Assembly (NCBI GenBank): GCA_903945195.1
Contig: CAJAUT010000023.1
Span: 1 to 59,204, forward strand
Direction: 5' to 3'
From: an uncultured bacterium
Lineage (GTDB): Bacteria; Patescibacteriota; Microgenomatia; UBA1400; UBA12108
Length of the DNA: 59,204 nt
The translations under genes were made by a program, and so were the position numbers. Below are positions 38,875 through 48,410 of the stretch, piece by piece; within the stretch, counting starts at the first letter, position 1, and each line of letters opens with the position of its first letter. Under the pieces are notes generated by a model. It worked only from the letters and a program-made list of their open reading frames with translations. It did not search any database and had not been told where the DNA came from.

Positions 38875-39688
38875 TGATAGAACTCGCACAGATTTTGTCT
38901 AAATCCGGTAGAACTTTTTCCAAAAAATCTCTAGAGACTAGACTGTGATTTTTGGGATCTTTGAGTTGTCGACAAGTGACAACCCCTGCTGTGAGCAAGC
39001 GCAATTTATCTCCAGAGTTCAACCCTTCTAGCATGGTGATAGGATGCAGTCCCGTGTGTTCGATGAGATCCATGATCCCCTCGCCTTTTGGATATCCCCA
39101 ACTTGTTAATTTTATATTTTGACACTCTCCGTATTTGATGGCATCTGTAGAAAACCTAGTATTGGTCACGATCCACGGCCTAATGTTGCCCATTTTCCAG
39201 GTGGTTTTGAGATCGTCGTAGCGAGCTTTTATATATAGTGTGATGCGAACATCCGTGCGTTGGCTCGCATTTTTGTGAAACTTGGCTTCAATAAAATAGG
39301 TAATATTGTCTTTGCTTGCCAATACATCTATCTCGTGTGGGACACAGCCGCCCATGATGGTTTGATTGATTTGAGTATGATAACCGATATCTGTCAAAAG
39401 TAAGGCTACATATTTTTCAAAAGGATAGCCAGATGGACCTAATTCGGAGAGCGCGGTTTTTAGATTGTATTTGGTGGCTAGATAAGGTAATTCTGAATGA
39501 CGTAAATATTCTTTGATCATGCCAAATATTTCGTTTGTCTTGATACCGTCGTATAGTCTATCGCGGATACTAACAAGCATTTGGTCTTGAAGTGATGCCG
39601 GGACTCCTACGCGAGTGGCTGAAGCTCTGATTTTTTCCTCGTCATATTGTTCGGTGGTCCCATCTATCTTTGTCACTTGTGTACTCAT
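38864..39688 (-). CDS. ATP-cone plus Mrr-like PD-(D/E)xK nuclease domain protein
   Basis: VTKIDG...YDEEKI ATP-cone start; GYPFEKYV...EIDV...IEAK...VTNTRFS. Confidence 0.8.
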   Translation of the reverse strand: MSTQVTKIDGTTEQYDEEKIRASATRVGVPASLQDQMLVSIRDRLYDGIKTNEIFGMIKEYLRHSELPYLATKYNLKTALSELGPSGYPFEKYVALLLTDIGYHTQINQTIMGGCVPHEIDVLASKDNITYFIEAKFHKNASQRTDVRITLYIKARYDDLKTTWKMGNIRPWIVTNTRFSTDAIKYGECQNIKLTSWGYPKGEGIMDLIEHTGLHPITMLEGLNSGDKLRLLTAGVVTCRQLKDPKNHSLVSRDFLEKVLPDLDKICASSINEI

Positions 39689-39718
39689 ATCTCAACTATA
39701 TCATGTAGAATCTGCTAT

Positions 39719-40375
39719 ATGGACATGATACTTCCAGTATATAAGCCAGTCGGGATGACGAGTTTTGACGTGATACGTGATTTTAAACGAGCTGTACATC
39801 CAGATTTTAAAATAGGACACGGAGGAACTCTGGATCCATTTGCTGATGGTGTACTACTGCTACTACTTGGCAAAGCAACAAAGAAAATGAATGAACTGCA
39901 AGCACTACCTAAAACCTATAAAGCTACTGCAAAACTTGGTGCAAGTAGCGATACGCTAGATAGGACGGGAAGTGTAGGCAAACAGCTTACGGCTTACAGC
40001 TTACGGAGAGAGCAAATTGAAGCGGCGGCTAAAAATTTTGTCGGTGAGATAGAGCAAGAAATACCTGACTATTCTGCGACCAAGATAAATGGAGTACCTA
40101 GATACAAGCTAGCTAGAGCAGGTAAAGAGATGGAGAAAAAGAGCAAGCTAGTCACGATCTATAAACTAGAGATTGAAAAGATCGAAGGAGAGCTTGTCAC
40201 ATTTGTGACTACTGTGAGTAGTGGTACATATATCCGCCAGTTGTCATACGACATATTTAAATCAATGGGGATAGATAGTTATTTAGAAAGTTTAACTCGT
40301 ACGAAAATTGGGGACTATACATTATCAAAAAGCCATCAAATTAGTGAATTCTCAAGCGATAAATGGAAATATTGA
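39719..40375 (+). CDS. truB: tRNA pseudouridine(55) synthase
   Basis: KPVGMTSFD, IGHGGTLDPFADG, SSGTYIRQL. Confidence 0.93.
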   Translation: MDMILPVYKPVGMTSFDVIRDFKRAVHPDFKIGHGGTLDPFADGVLLLLLGKATKKMNELQALPKTYKATAKLGASSDTLDRTGSVGKQLTAYSLRREQIEAAAKNFVGEIEQEIPDYSATKINGVPRYKLARAGKEMEKKSKLVTIYKLEIEKIEGELVTFVTTVSSGTYIRQLSYDIFKSMGIDSYLESLTRTKIGDYTLSKSHQISEFSSDKWKY

Positions 40376-40393
40376 ATGATACAATGATTTAAA

Positions 40394-41011
40394 TCATTGT
40401 ATCATTGAGACAAGATATGGTAGGGATTTTAAAACTGCTAATTCTCGGTGTGTAGGATGTAGAAGCTGAAACTCCATAGGCATGTGATGGAGTTCACCTA
40501 AAGTTATGTTTAGCTCGGGGATAAAAAAGATCGGCCAAAATGGCATACCCACTTCCCTTTCTTTTTTTGGTTCCTGCAAAATTTGACCTTTAAATACTCC
40601 GTCAAAATAGACTATCTTTTTGCCTGGCCCTGCTACTGCAAGCACCGTGTGAAACTGGGCCCCACGACTACCCTCTTTGATACCTGTCATACGCAAGAGA
40701 CAGTGCTCTATGATCTCTTCATCTTCCATCTTGTAGCCTTTCCAGCGGCGGACTTTGATGCCTGGCTCTCCACCTAGAGCGTCTACCTCTACACCAGTAT
40801 CGTCGGCGATGATGATGTCATTTGGAAATATATCTATATATGCTTTTGCTTTAAGAAGTGCGTTTTCTTCTAAAGTACTGCCAGTTTCTTCTACCTCGAT
40901 ACTTTTACCAAAATCCATCGGACTATAAATAGTTATGTTGTGATGGGTAAAGATTTTTTTGACTTCGTTAAATTTCCCGGGGTTTGTGGTGGCGTAGATT
41001 ATCTTGGTCAT
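40394..41011 (-). CDS. rdgB: non-canonical purine NTP pyrophosphatase (HAM1/RdgB family)
   Basis: ATTNPGK, ETGSTLEENALLKA, ADDTG..VDALGGEPG, THR. Confidence 0.85.
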   Translation of the reverse strand: MTKIIYATTNPGKFNEVKKIFTHHNITIYSPMDFGKSIEVEETGSTLEENALLKAKAYIDIFPNDIIIADDTGVEVDALGGEPGIKVRRWKGYKMEDEEIIEHCLLRMTGIKEGSRGAQFHTVLAVAGPGKKIVYFDGVFKGQILQEPKKEREVGMPFWPIFFIPELNITLGELHHMPMEFQLLHPTHRELAVLKSLPYLVSMIQ

Positions 41012-41781
41012 GATAGCGAAAGTTTTACTGCTTTAATTGCCAGAAACATGGGGAATTCGGAACGGGCGCGATTTTCACTTTTGGCAGCTTTGCCTGTGCT
41101 TACTTTATCCGATGTCCACTCTTCTAGATCTGTGATCACCATACCAGCCTCCTTTAGTGCTTTGACGTAGTACTGCAGCGGCTCATGGTAAGTCCAAGTA
41201 AGTGGTGAGTCGGCGAGTCCAGGGTGTGCATTGATCGGGATTTCTAGCGGCGAGAGATATCTATTTACCCTGCGATATTCTAATTTTTGGGTTTCATCTT
41301 TGCCCCAGCTGCTTTGGCGGGGGATGCGGAAACTAGGATGATTTAGGACTAGCACTAAGTCCCCCTTTTCTTTGAGAGACTGACCCACATTTGAAATAGT
41401 GCTGGCACCATCTTTCATGTTTTGAATAGCTAGGATACAAACAGCGTGATCAAACGAACTGGCTGGCACGGGAATGCCTTTGGTTGCATCGGCTACAAAA
41501 TAAATTTGATTTGCGTTTTTAGTGAGTTTTTTGGCTTCCTGAATCAACTCTTTGGAAACATCGATGCCTATGTAATCTACATTGTGAGGGAGGGTGCGTG
41601 CATATACTCCCTGGCCACAACCGATGTCTAGGACTGAGTCCCCACCTTTTGGATCAAGAAGTAGTTTGAGATTTGGGAGAATTATATGCTCGTGGAAGTA
41701 ATGGCCGCCTTCACCTACTATCCCGCTATACCACTTGGCAACAGGCGACCAGGACGTATTTTTTGGGTTTTTTGTAAACAT
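41008..41781 (-). CDS. class I SAM-dependent methyltransferase
   Basis: VLDIGCGQG, GIDVS, NHPSFRIP. Confidence 0.88.
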   Translation of the reverse strand: MFTKNPKNTSWSPVAKWYSGIVGEGGHYFHEHIILPNLKLLLDPKGGDSVLDIGCGQGVYARTLPHNVDYIGIDVSKELIQEAKKLTKNANQIYFVADATKGIPVPASSFDHAVCILAIQNMKDGASTISNVGQSLKEKGDLVLVLNHPSFRIPRQSSWGKDETQKLEYRRVNRYLSPLEIPINAHPGLADSPLTWTYHEPLQYYVKALKEAGMVITDLEEWTSDKVSTGKAAKSENRARSEFPMFLAIKAVKLSLS

Positions 41782-41790
41782 GGGGCTATT

Positions 41791-42009
41791 TTACTCTATT
41801 TCCTCTTTATCTTTTGTTTTGTCTTTAAGCGAGATTATTTCACGCCAGGGTTTTTTGCGATCGATGATCAGTCGCCAACCAAGTAGCTCTAAACCTATTG
41901 GTATGACCCAGACACCTGGGAGAATAGGCAATATGAGCCCCAAAATACCAAATATCACTAAAAATATACCAAGAGCTTTCTTTAATTTCTTTTTAACTTC
42001 AAGTTCCAT
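41791..42009 (-). CDS. small membrane protein
   Basis: Hydrophobic hairpin with LPILPG; TGTTAAACT 7 nt before ATG 42009. Confidence 0.65.
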   Translation of the reverse strand: MELEVKKKLKKALGIFLVIFGILGLILPILPGVWVIPIGLELLGWRLIIDRKKPWREIISLKDKTKDKEEIE

Positions 42010-42034
42010 AAATACAAGTTTAACACGAAACAAT

Positions 42035-43207
42035 TTACTCTACCGCCTCTTTGATAAATAGAGAGCTGAGCGGGAAGAAGGACACTACGATAAATGCAAC
42101 AGGAAGAGAATAGACTGCCACAGCGCCAATCATGGGGTTGAGTGGGACTAGTGCTAATCTGCGTATCATTCCGACAGAAGATAGTACTGTTGCACGATGT
42201 AAGGATTTGATGTGTTTGTTGGCGATACTACTGATATATGTGGCCCTGGTATATCCTATGCCACCACCTATGGTGATTAAAATAATCAAACTAAGATAAC
42301 TTGGATAGATTGCAGCCAGGATAAATGCTAGAGTAACTAGAATGGCGCTGTTTTTAAGATATGCTTTTCCCTCTCCTAGAAACCTCTCAAAAAATTTAAA
42401 GTTCGAAGAAACGGTAATTTCTGAAAGTAATAAAAGAGCGTGAGCAAGTCCAAAATAGATGATGGGGATACCCAGGTCCTTCATAAAGGGCTGGTAAAAC
42501 CACACGACAAAATAGGCTGCAGAAGAGACTACGACAGAGTCAAAAGCTAGCGTGCGGATAACTGCGTTGTGCCTCATCTCATAGAAACCTTGCTTGATGA
42601 TATCTAGATAATGAGTAGTCTGTGAGTCTGAGTGGATTTTGGGCTCAGGTATGGACCAAGCAAGAGCACTAGCAATGAGCATGGGGATAGCGGTCATGTA
42701 CTGGGGAGCATTGAGTCCCAGGTAAGAAGAAATCACACTACCAATAGGCGCAGCTATCATCATGCCTGAGAGCATGATTGCATCTGCCCTACCCATGATT
42801 TTTTTACTCTCTGCCTCACGACCTTGGCTTTTGATGGTGTCGTAGAGCAGGGCTTGGTCTGCCCCAGAATTTAGCGCATAACCAAGTGCAAAAAGCAGCT
42901 CTGCAATCAAAAAGATGGTAAATGAAGGGAAGCTCCCATAAATGAGGGTCGCAAGGGCGATAGTGGCAGAACCAAGCATGAGACTATGCTTACGACCTAT
43001 CTTGTCTGCAACAGCGCCTGTTGGAACTTCTAGAATAAATACCCAAATACTAAACCATGACTGTAAGATTTGGACTTGAAAAAGTGAGATGCCGCCCCAA
43101 TCTGTAAAAAACGGGACAAGTACCGCAGAAAAGAACGCAAAGTTTTTGAAAAATGCGTATAAGTAATTTTTATTGATTGGGTTTGCCTACCATTTTTGCA
43201 GTTTCAT
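42035..43207 (-). pseudogene. MFS transporter with in-frame TAG at codon 7
   Basis: Frame from ATG 43207 reads MKLQKW*ANPINKNYLYAFF...EVPTGAVADKIGRK (MFS motif A) and continues into the listed ORF; TAG at 43187-43189. Confidence 0.75.
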
Positions 43208-43262
43208 CAGATGATTATACCTATATTTTGCGTACAATTATTTTTTATGATATTATTTTTGT

Positions 43263-43799
43263 ATGGATACCAAGAATACAAAAGACACGAATGAACTATA
43301 TAATCTAGTAATTGATGCGCTGGAAGATGGTGTCTGGGATTGGGACGTACCTACGGGACAAGCATACTTTACTCCTAGATACTTTGAAATGCTCGGGTTT
43401 GAAGACAATGAATTCCCCGCAACCTATAATCAATGGATCACAATGGTTTTTCCAGATGACAAAGACCGTATAGAAGCTGAACTACAGGCAGGAGTAGCAT
43501 CTGGAAAGAAATTTGTGGTGGATGTACGACTAAAGAGAAAAGATGGGACCTACGGATGGTATTCTACGCACGGCAAGACGATAACTAAAAACATAGATGG
43601 ATCTGCCAAGCGAATGGTAGGTACACTAACAGATATTTCTGACATCAAAAATGCTGAGGCAGAACTTGAGAAATCTAGATTATTAATAGAAGAAAAATTC
43701 CAGGAAACTAATAAACTAAATGGGCTGACGGTGGACCGTGAATTAAAGATGGTCAAGATGAAAGAGCAGATCAAAGAGTTGGAGAGCAAGATCAAGTAG
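43263..43799 (+). CDS. stand-alone PAS/PAC domain protein with C-terminal coiled coil
   Basis: DGVWDWD, EMLGF, FPDD, RLKRKDG, RMVGTLTDIS; no output domain. Confidence 0.85.
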   Translation: MDTKNTKDTNELYNLVIDALEDGVWDWDVPTGQAYFTPRYFEMLGFEDNEFPATYNQWITMVFPDDKDRIEAELQAGVASGKKFVVDVRLKRKDGTYGWYSTHGKTITKNIDGSAKRMVGTLTDISDIKNAEAELEKSRLLIEEKFQETNKLNGLTVDRELKMVKMKEQIKELESKIK

Positions 43800-43826
43800 A
43801 TATAGCTATTTTTTGAAGTGATGGCC

Positions 43827-46520
43827 TCAACCGCGATGAGAAGGATCATTGATCATGCCACATTTTTTCCATTTCTTACCACTGCCGCAGGGACAGAGGT
43901 CGTTGCGACCGATGCGGACTTTGGAGTCTTCTACTTTCCCCTCTGATTTGATCACATCATTCCTTCGACTGCGCTCAGGACCTACGCCTTCGGCTTCGGC
44001 TTTGCGAAGTACTACTTTAGGCTGTGGTGCGGGTTGTGCCACTGGGTTTAAGCGATAAATCTTTTTGACTACTTCGCTTTCGACTGAGCCTATGAGTCTC
44101 TCAAACATGGCATAGGATTCTTTTTGGTACTCTACCAGTGGGTCGCGCTGGGCGTAGCCACGAAGACCTATACCGTCTCGCAGACTCTCCATATTGTCTA
44201 GGTGATCCATCCATTTTTCATCTAGCGTAGTGAGGTAGACATATTTTTCGATCTCGCGAGTCGTGGGTTCTCCGATGGATTTTTCTCTAGCATCATAGGT
44301 ATCACGAGCGATATCTTTTAATGACTTGATAATTGTTTCTGGGCTCTTGGTTTTACCTAGTTCTTTGACTAGGTGTGCACCTGAGGCATCGTCAAATGGG
44401 ATGATGGTGATAAATTCTTTGACTATTGCGTCGATTTCTTTAACACTTAAACCTTCAGTGATACGTGAGTTTACAAGTAACTCTATCTCTTCATTTATTA
44501 AATCCATCATGCGAGTACGCAGACTAGAGGAATCATTTTCTGCATCGGATAGCAACTTGTTTCTAAGCTGATAAATGACCTGCCTGTGCTTGTTCATGAC
44601 GTCGTCGTAGTCCACGACACGTTTGCGCATATCAAAGTAAAAACCTTCGACTTTGACCTGGGCAGACTCTAGAGCTTTAGAAACCATTGAGTGCTCTATG
44701 GCTTCGTCTTCGGGGATCTTGAGCATAGTCATGATGCCAGCGATTTTGTCACCGCCAAAGATGCGCATGAGATCGTCTTCTAGTGAGACATAAAACCTAG
44801 ATGATCCTGGGTCACCTTGGCGACCAGAACGACCACGTAGCTGATTGTCGATGCGGCGACTATCATGACGCTCGGTACCGATGACGTGGAGCCCACCAGC
44901 TTCTAAAACCTTTTTGTGAGCTATTTCCCAGTTTTTTTTATCCATGGTATTTTTGTCACCACCTAGGACGATGTCGACACCGCGACCGGCGATATTGGTA
45001 GCTACCGTGATACCACCGTATTTACCAGCGTTGGCGATGATAGAAGCCTCTTCTGTATGGTTTTTGGCGTTGAGGACGTTGTGGGGCAAGTTTTTACGTT
45101 TTAAATATTTAGAAATAATTTGGTTGTTGTCGATGGATTTGGTACCGATTAGCACTGGCTGCCCTTTAGCGTGGAGCGTCTCTACCTCTTTGACGATAGC
45201 AGCATACTTAGCACGAGTGGTCTTGTAGATAAAATCAGTATGATCCTTGCGCGCCACATCGCGGTGGGTAGGGATTACGGCGACATCGAGATTATAGATC
45301 TTTTTAAATTCCTCACCTTCCGTGCTAGCGGTACCTGTCATGCCTGAGAGATGTTCGTACATGCGGAAATAGTTTTGCAAAGAGATAGTGGCTAGCGTGC
45401 GAGATTCTTGTTGGACGTTTACACCTTCCTTGGCTTCGATAGCTTGATGGAGTCCGTCAGAGAACCTGCGGCCATACATCATACGACCAGTATGTTCGTC
45501 TACGATGATGACCTCGCCGTCTTTGACGACATAGTCACGATCGCGTTCAAAAAGGGTCGCAGCCTTTAGAGCTTGCTCGACGTGGTGGACAGATTCGTAA
45601 CTTTCCTCGTATAGATTTTTCACTCCGAGTCTCTGCTCTAGGCGGCGGATGCCGTAGTCTGTAAGCGTGGCAGTTTTTAGCTTTTCGTCGACGTCGTAGT
45701 CGGTATCTTTGGCTAAAGTGGTGACCATCTTGGCATACTCTGGATATTTGTCGGTGGAACCTGAGTCTGGGGCGGAGATGATTAGGGGGGTGCGAGCCTC
45801 GTCGATCAAAATAGAGTCGACTTCGTCGACTATGGCATAGTAGTGGCCGCGCTGGACCTTGTCACTGAGTCTGTGCACCATGTTGTCGCGTAGATAATCG
45901 AAGCCAAATTCGTTGTTGGTACCGTACGTTACGTCAGCTAAATAGCTTTCCTGGCGAGGGACGCGGCGAAAATGTTTGAGCCGCTCATCATCTTCCCCTG
46001 GTTCTTCGTGCTTGAGATCTAGGAGGCCACCTGGCTGGTCGCCCATACCAGAATAGATCACTCCGACATTTAAACCAAGTAGTAGATGAGCACGACCATA
46101 CCAGCCGGCGTCGCGCCTGGCTAGATAATCATTGACAGTCACGATGTGGACTCCTTTACCGGAGAGGGCGCGGATATAACTAGCTAGAGTCGCGGACAAA
46201 GTCTTACCTTCACCTGTCTTTTGCTCAGCGATGCGACCATTGTAGAGAGATAGGGCGGCAAGGAGCTGTACATCGTAGGCACGCTCCCCTGTGACGCGGC
46301 GGATGGACTCGCGGATAGTGGCCAGGGCTTCTGGCAAGATATCATCCAGTGTTTCACCACCGGCGAGTCTTTTTTTGAACTCGGCGGTCTTGCCTGGAAG
46401 TTCTTTGTCTTTGAGTTTTTTGATAGATTCTTCAAAGGCATTTACCTTGGCTACGACCGGAGTAAATTTGTCTAGTTGCCTGGAGTTGCCATCAAATAGT
46501 TTGGACAAGAAATTTAGCAT
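43827..46520 (-). CDS. secA: preprotein translocase ATPase SecA
   Basis: KTGEGKT, DEVDSILIDEARTPLIIS, QLRGRSGRQGDPG, C-terminal GRNDLCPCGSGKKWKKC. Confidence 0.97.
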   Translation of the reverse strand: MLNFLSKLFDGNSRQLDKFTPVVAKVNAFEESIKKLKDKELPGKTAEFKKRLAGGETLDDILPEALATIRESIRRVTGERAYDVQLLAALSLYNGRIAEQKTGEGKTLSATLASYIRALSGKGVHIVTVNDYLARRDAGWYGRAHLLLGLNVGVIYSGMGDQPGGLLDLKHEEPGEDDERLKHFRRVPRQESYLADVTYGTNNEFGFDYLRDNMVHRLSDKVQRGHYYAIVDEVDSILIDEARTPLIISAPDSGSTDKYPEYAKMVTTLAKDTDYDVDEKLKTATLTDYGIRRLEQRLGVKNLYEESYESVHHVEQALKAATLFERDRDYVVKDGEVIIVDEHTGRMMYGRRFSDGLHQAIEAKEGVNVQQESRTLATISLQNYFRMYEHLSGMTGTASTEGEEFKKIYNLDVAVIPTHRDVARKDHTDFIYKTTRAKYAAIVKEVETLHAKGQPVLIGTKSIDNNQIISKYLKRKNLPHNVLNAKNHTEEASIIANAGKYGGITVATNIAGRGVDIVLGGDKNTMDKKNWEIAHKKVLEAGGLHVIGTERHDSRRIDNQLRGRSGRQGDPGSSRFYVSLEDDLMRIFGGDKIAGIMTMLKIPEDEAIEHSMVSKALESAQVKVEGFYFDMRKRVVDYDDVMNKHRQVIYQLRNKLLSDAENDSSSLRTRMMDLINEEIELLVNSRITEGLSVKEIDAIVKEFITIIPFDDASGAHLVKELGKTKSPETIIKSLKDIARDTYDAREKSIGEPTTREIEKYVYLTTLDEKWMDHLDNMESLRDGIGLRGYAQRDPLVEYQKESYAMFERLIGSVESEVVKKIYRLNPVAQPAPQPKVVLRKAEAEGVGPERSRRNDVIKSEGKVEDSKVRIGRNDLCPCGSGKKWKKCGMINDPSHRG

Positions 46521-46556
46521 GGCAATAATTGTAGCACGGCTAGAGAGAAGATGGCT

Positions 46557-47402
46557 TTAATAACAGCTACTATAGAGCTCAACTGGCACCTGATATTTTT
46601 GCATTTGAGCACATGAGGGGAGATCTTGACCAGCATACAACTCTTGCCAATGACCATCCTTCAACATGGCTATGATGTATCCTCCGCCTCTTCTACCTCT
46701 TGATTCTATGTTTGCAAAGTTACCAATTTGACCATTTATATTGATGATTGAATTTTGATATCTTAGATCTTTTAGAATTGGTTCTTGAATAGACTTTGTT
46801 GCTAAATATTTATCACTACAGGCGAGTGTGATAGTTTGAAACATTGTTGACTTGTCTTCCCCAGAACAATCTGAGTTGATCGTGAGCGTGCATTTATCGT
46901 CACCTTTTTCATACCCCAACACGTAGTCGTAAAATTGTTCGTCTGTGAGAGAGGAAGAAGAATTTGTTTTATTTAATTTATATCCATTTCCTGACATGAT
47001 CATCGTGGTCTTGGGACCAAAAATCTGCTTGGCTTTTTGAAACTCTTCTGACGAGGTCCCCTTACATAAATAATTGGCTGTGAGAGAGTATGCTTCTTGA
47101 ATAGAAATATCCAATTTTTCTTCAGATATCCACCAGATTTTTCCTGACTGTGTAAGCCAAGTATTAAATGGTTTGGTTTCTGATTTCATAAATTTTTCTA
47201 TGGAAGTAAAAATGTTTTTAAATTTGGGATCAATCTCGTCAAAGTTTATATAAAAATTTAGATCTTCGGTAGGATAATCTATTGCTAGTGGAGTAGGAGC
47301 AATGGAACTAGTGGGTTTACTCTGAAGTATTGGTGTGGTAAGTGAACCAATAATGACTGCACATATGAAAACTATGGTAGTTATAATGGCTGTTTTCTTC
47401 AC
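46557..47402 (-). CDS. secreted or membrane-anchored hypothetical protein
   Basis: N-terminal TM and paired Cys; TGTTAAACT 6 nt before the GTG. Confidence 0.7.
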   Translation of the reverse strand: MKKTAIITTIVFICAVIIGSLTTPILQSKPTSSIAPTPLAIDYPTEDLNFYINFDEIDPKFKNIFTSIEKFMKSETKPFNTWLTQSGKIWWISEEKLDISIQEAYSLTANYLCKGTSSEEFQKAKQIFGPKTTMIMSGNGYKLNKTNSSSSLTDEQFYDYVLGYEKGDDKCTLTINSDCSGEDKSTMFQTITLACSDKYLATKSIQEPILKDLRYQNSIININGQIGNFANIESRGRRGGGYIIAMLKDGHWQELYAGQDLPSCAQMQKYQVPVELYSSCY

Positions 47403-47418
47403 TTACTTAGTTTAACAG

Positions 47419-48045
47419 TTAAGTATTTTTTATGTAAGCTAATAATTGCTGGCTAACACTAGAAGGATCGGTATGGTCGAAAAGGAAAGTTTGCCAACCG
47501 CGAGACTTGGCGGCAGCCACATGCTTTGCACCATTTTCTACAAACAAAATTTCAGATGGTGGACAACTAACTTTTGACTCGGCAATCTCAAAGATCTTTT
47601 GCTCTGGTTTTTGAGAACCTACCACACTACTATCTACTATAGTCTCCCATCCCCAATCGATATGCAGATCCTTGCGAGCATAGGTTGCAGCTAAAAGCTT
47701 GGGATACATATTTGTAAGTAACCCAGTTTGATAGTTTTTTCTGGCATATTCTATTGTGGGCCAAATGGAAGGATTAGGTTCATAACGTGAGACAAAATCA
47801 TCAATCATGGAATAGTCGGCTGGGATTTTGAGACCTAATTCTTGGCGAAAAATCGGGACTAAAGTTTCAATGTCGCGGTCTATGCAAATCTCATCTTCAT
47901 ACTTGTCCCAAATTTCATTAAATTTTGGCTCTAATTCTTTTGTGACTCCAAGTCCCCTTTTCATCTCTTCCCATTTGTTACTACCGGAATAATCCTGGAT
48001 CACGACTCCGCCGACGTCGAAATAGATAAATGATATTTTGGACAT
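47419..48045 (-). CDS. HAD-superfamily hydrolase
   Basis: FDVGGV, LLTN, KPEQKIF. Confidence 0.88.
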   Translation of the reverse strand: MSKISFIYFDVGGVVIQDYSGSNKWEEMKRGLGVTKELEPKFNEIWDKYEDEICIDRDIETLVPIFRQELGLKIPADYSMIDDFVSRYEPNPSIWPTIEYARKNYQTGLLTNMYPKLLAATYARKDLHIDWGWETIVDSSVVGSQKPEQKIFEIAESKVSCPPSEILFVENGAKHVAAAKSRGWQTFLFDHTDPSSVSQQLLAYIKNT

Positions 48046-48122
48046 GAGGGAATTGTAACATTTTGGAATTTGATATAGGTAAGATATATCAAACGTGATA
48101 CTATATATGATATCATCATCCT

Positions 48123-48410
48123 ATGAAGAAAAATAATCTCGGCACCACCCTCGAAGAGTACCTAGAGGAACAACTTAGGGATCCTGAATTTAAAAAGATT
48201 TGGGAGGCGGGCGAGGCTGATTACCAGATAGCGAGACAAATGATAAAGGCAAGAATCGAAAAGAAAATGAGTCAACGAGAACTGGCAAAAAGGGCAAAAA
48301 CTAGCCAAGCAAACATCTCAAACTTAGAGGGAATGAACTACAATCCGAGCTTGGCATTTTTAAAACGCATCAGTGGAGCACTAGGAATTAAGTTTCAATT
48401 ATCTATTTAA
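48123..48410 (+). CDS. XRE-family HTH protein (HigA-like)
   Basis: DPEFKK.W, MSQRELAKRA.TSQANISNLE..YNPSL. Confidence 0.85.
   Translation: MKKNNLGTTLEEYLEEQLRDPEFKKIWEAGEADYQIARQMIKARIEKKMSQRELAKRAKTSQANISNLEGMNYNPSLAFLKRISGALGIKFQLSI

Noticed and set aside
38864-41781. Mrr-like nuclease plus methyltransferase as a restriction-modification system explaining the CTAG bias
   Set aside because: The methyltransferase lacks DPPY/NPPY or PCQ DNA-methylase motifs and looks like a small-molecule or RNA enzyme.
43187-43189. Genome-wide TAG recoding
   Set aside because: TAG terminates clear genes (sortase 795, permease 32506, ung 54417); TGA is also used as stop.
48123-48410. Complete toxin-antitoxin module
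   Set aside because: There is no room for or trace of a RelE/HigB toxin next to the HTH gene.
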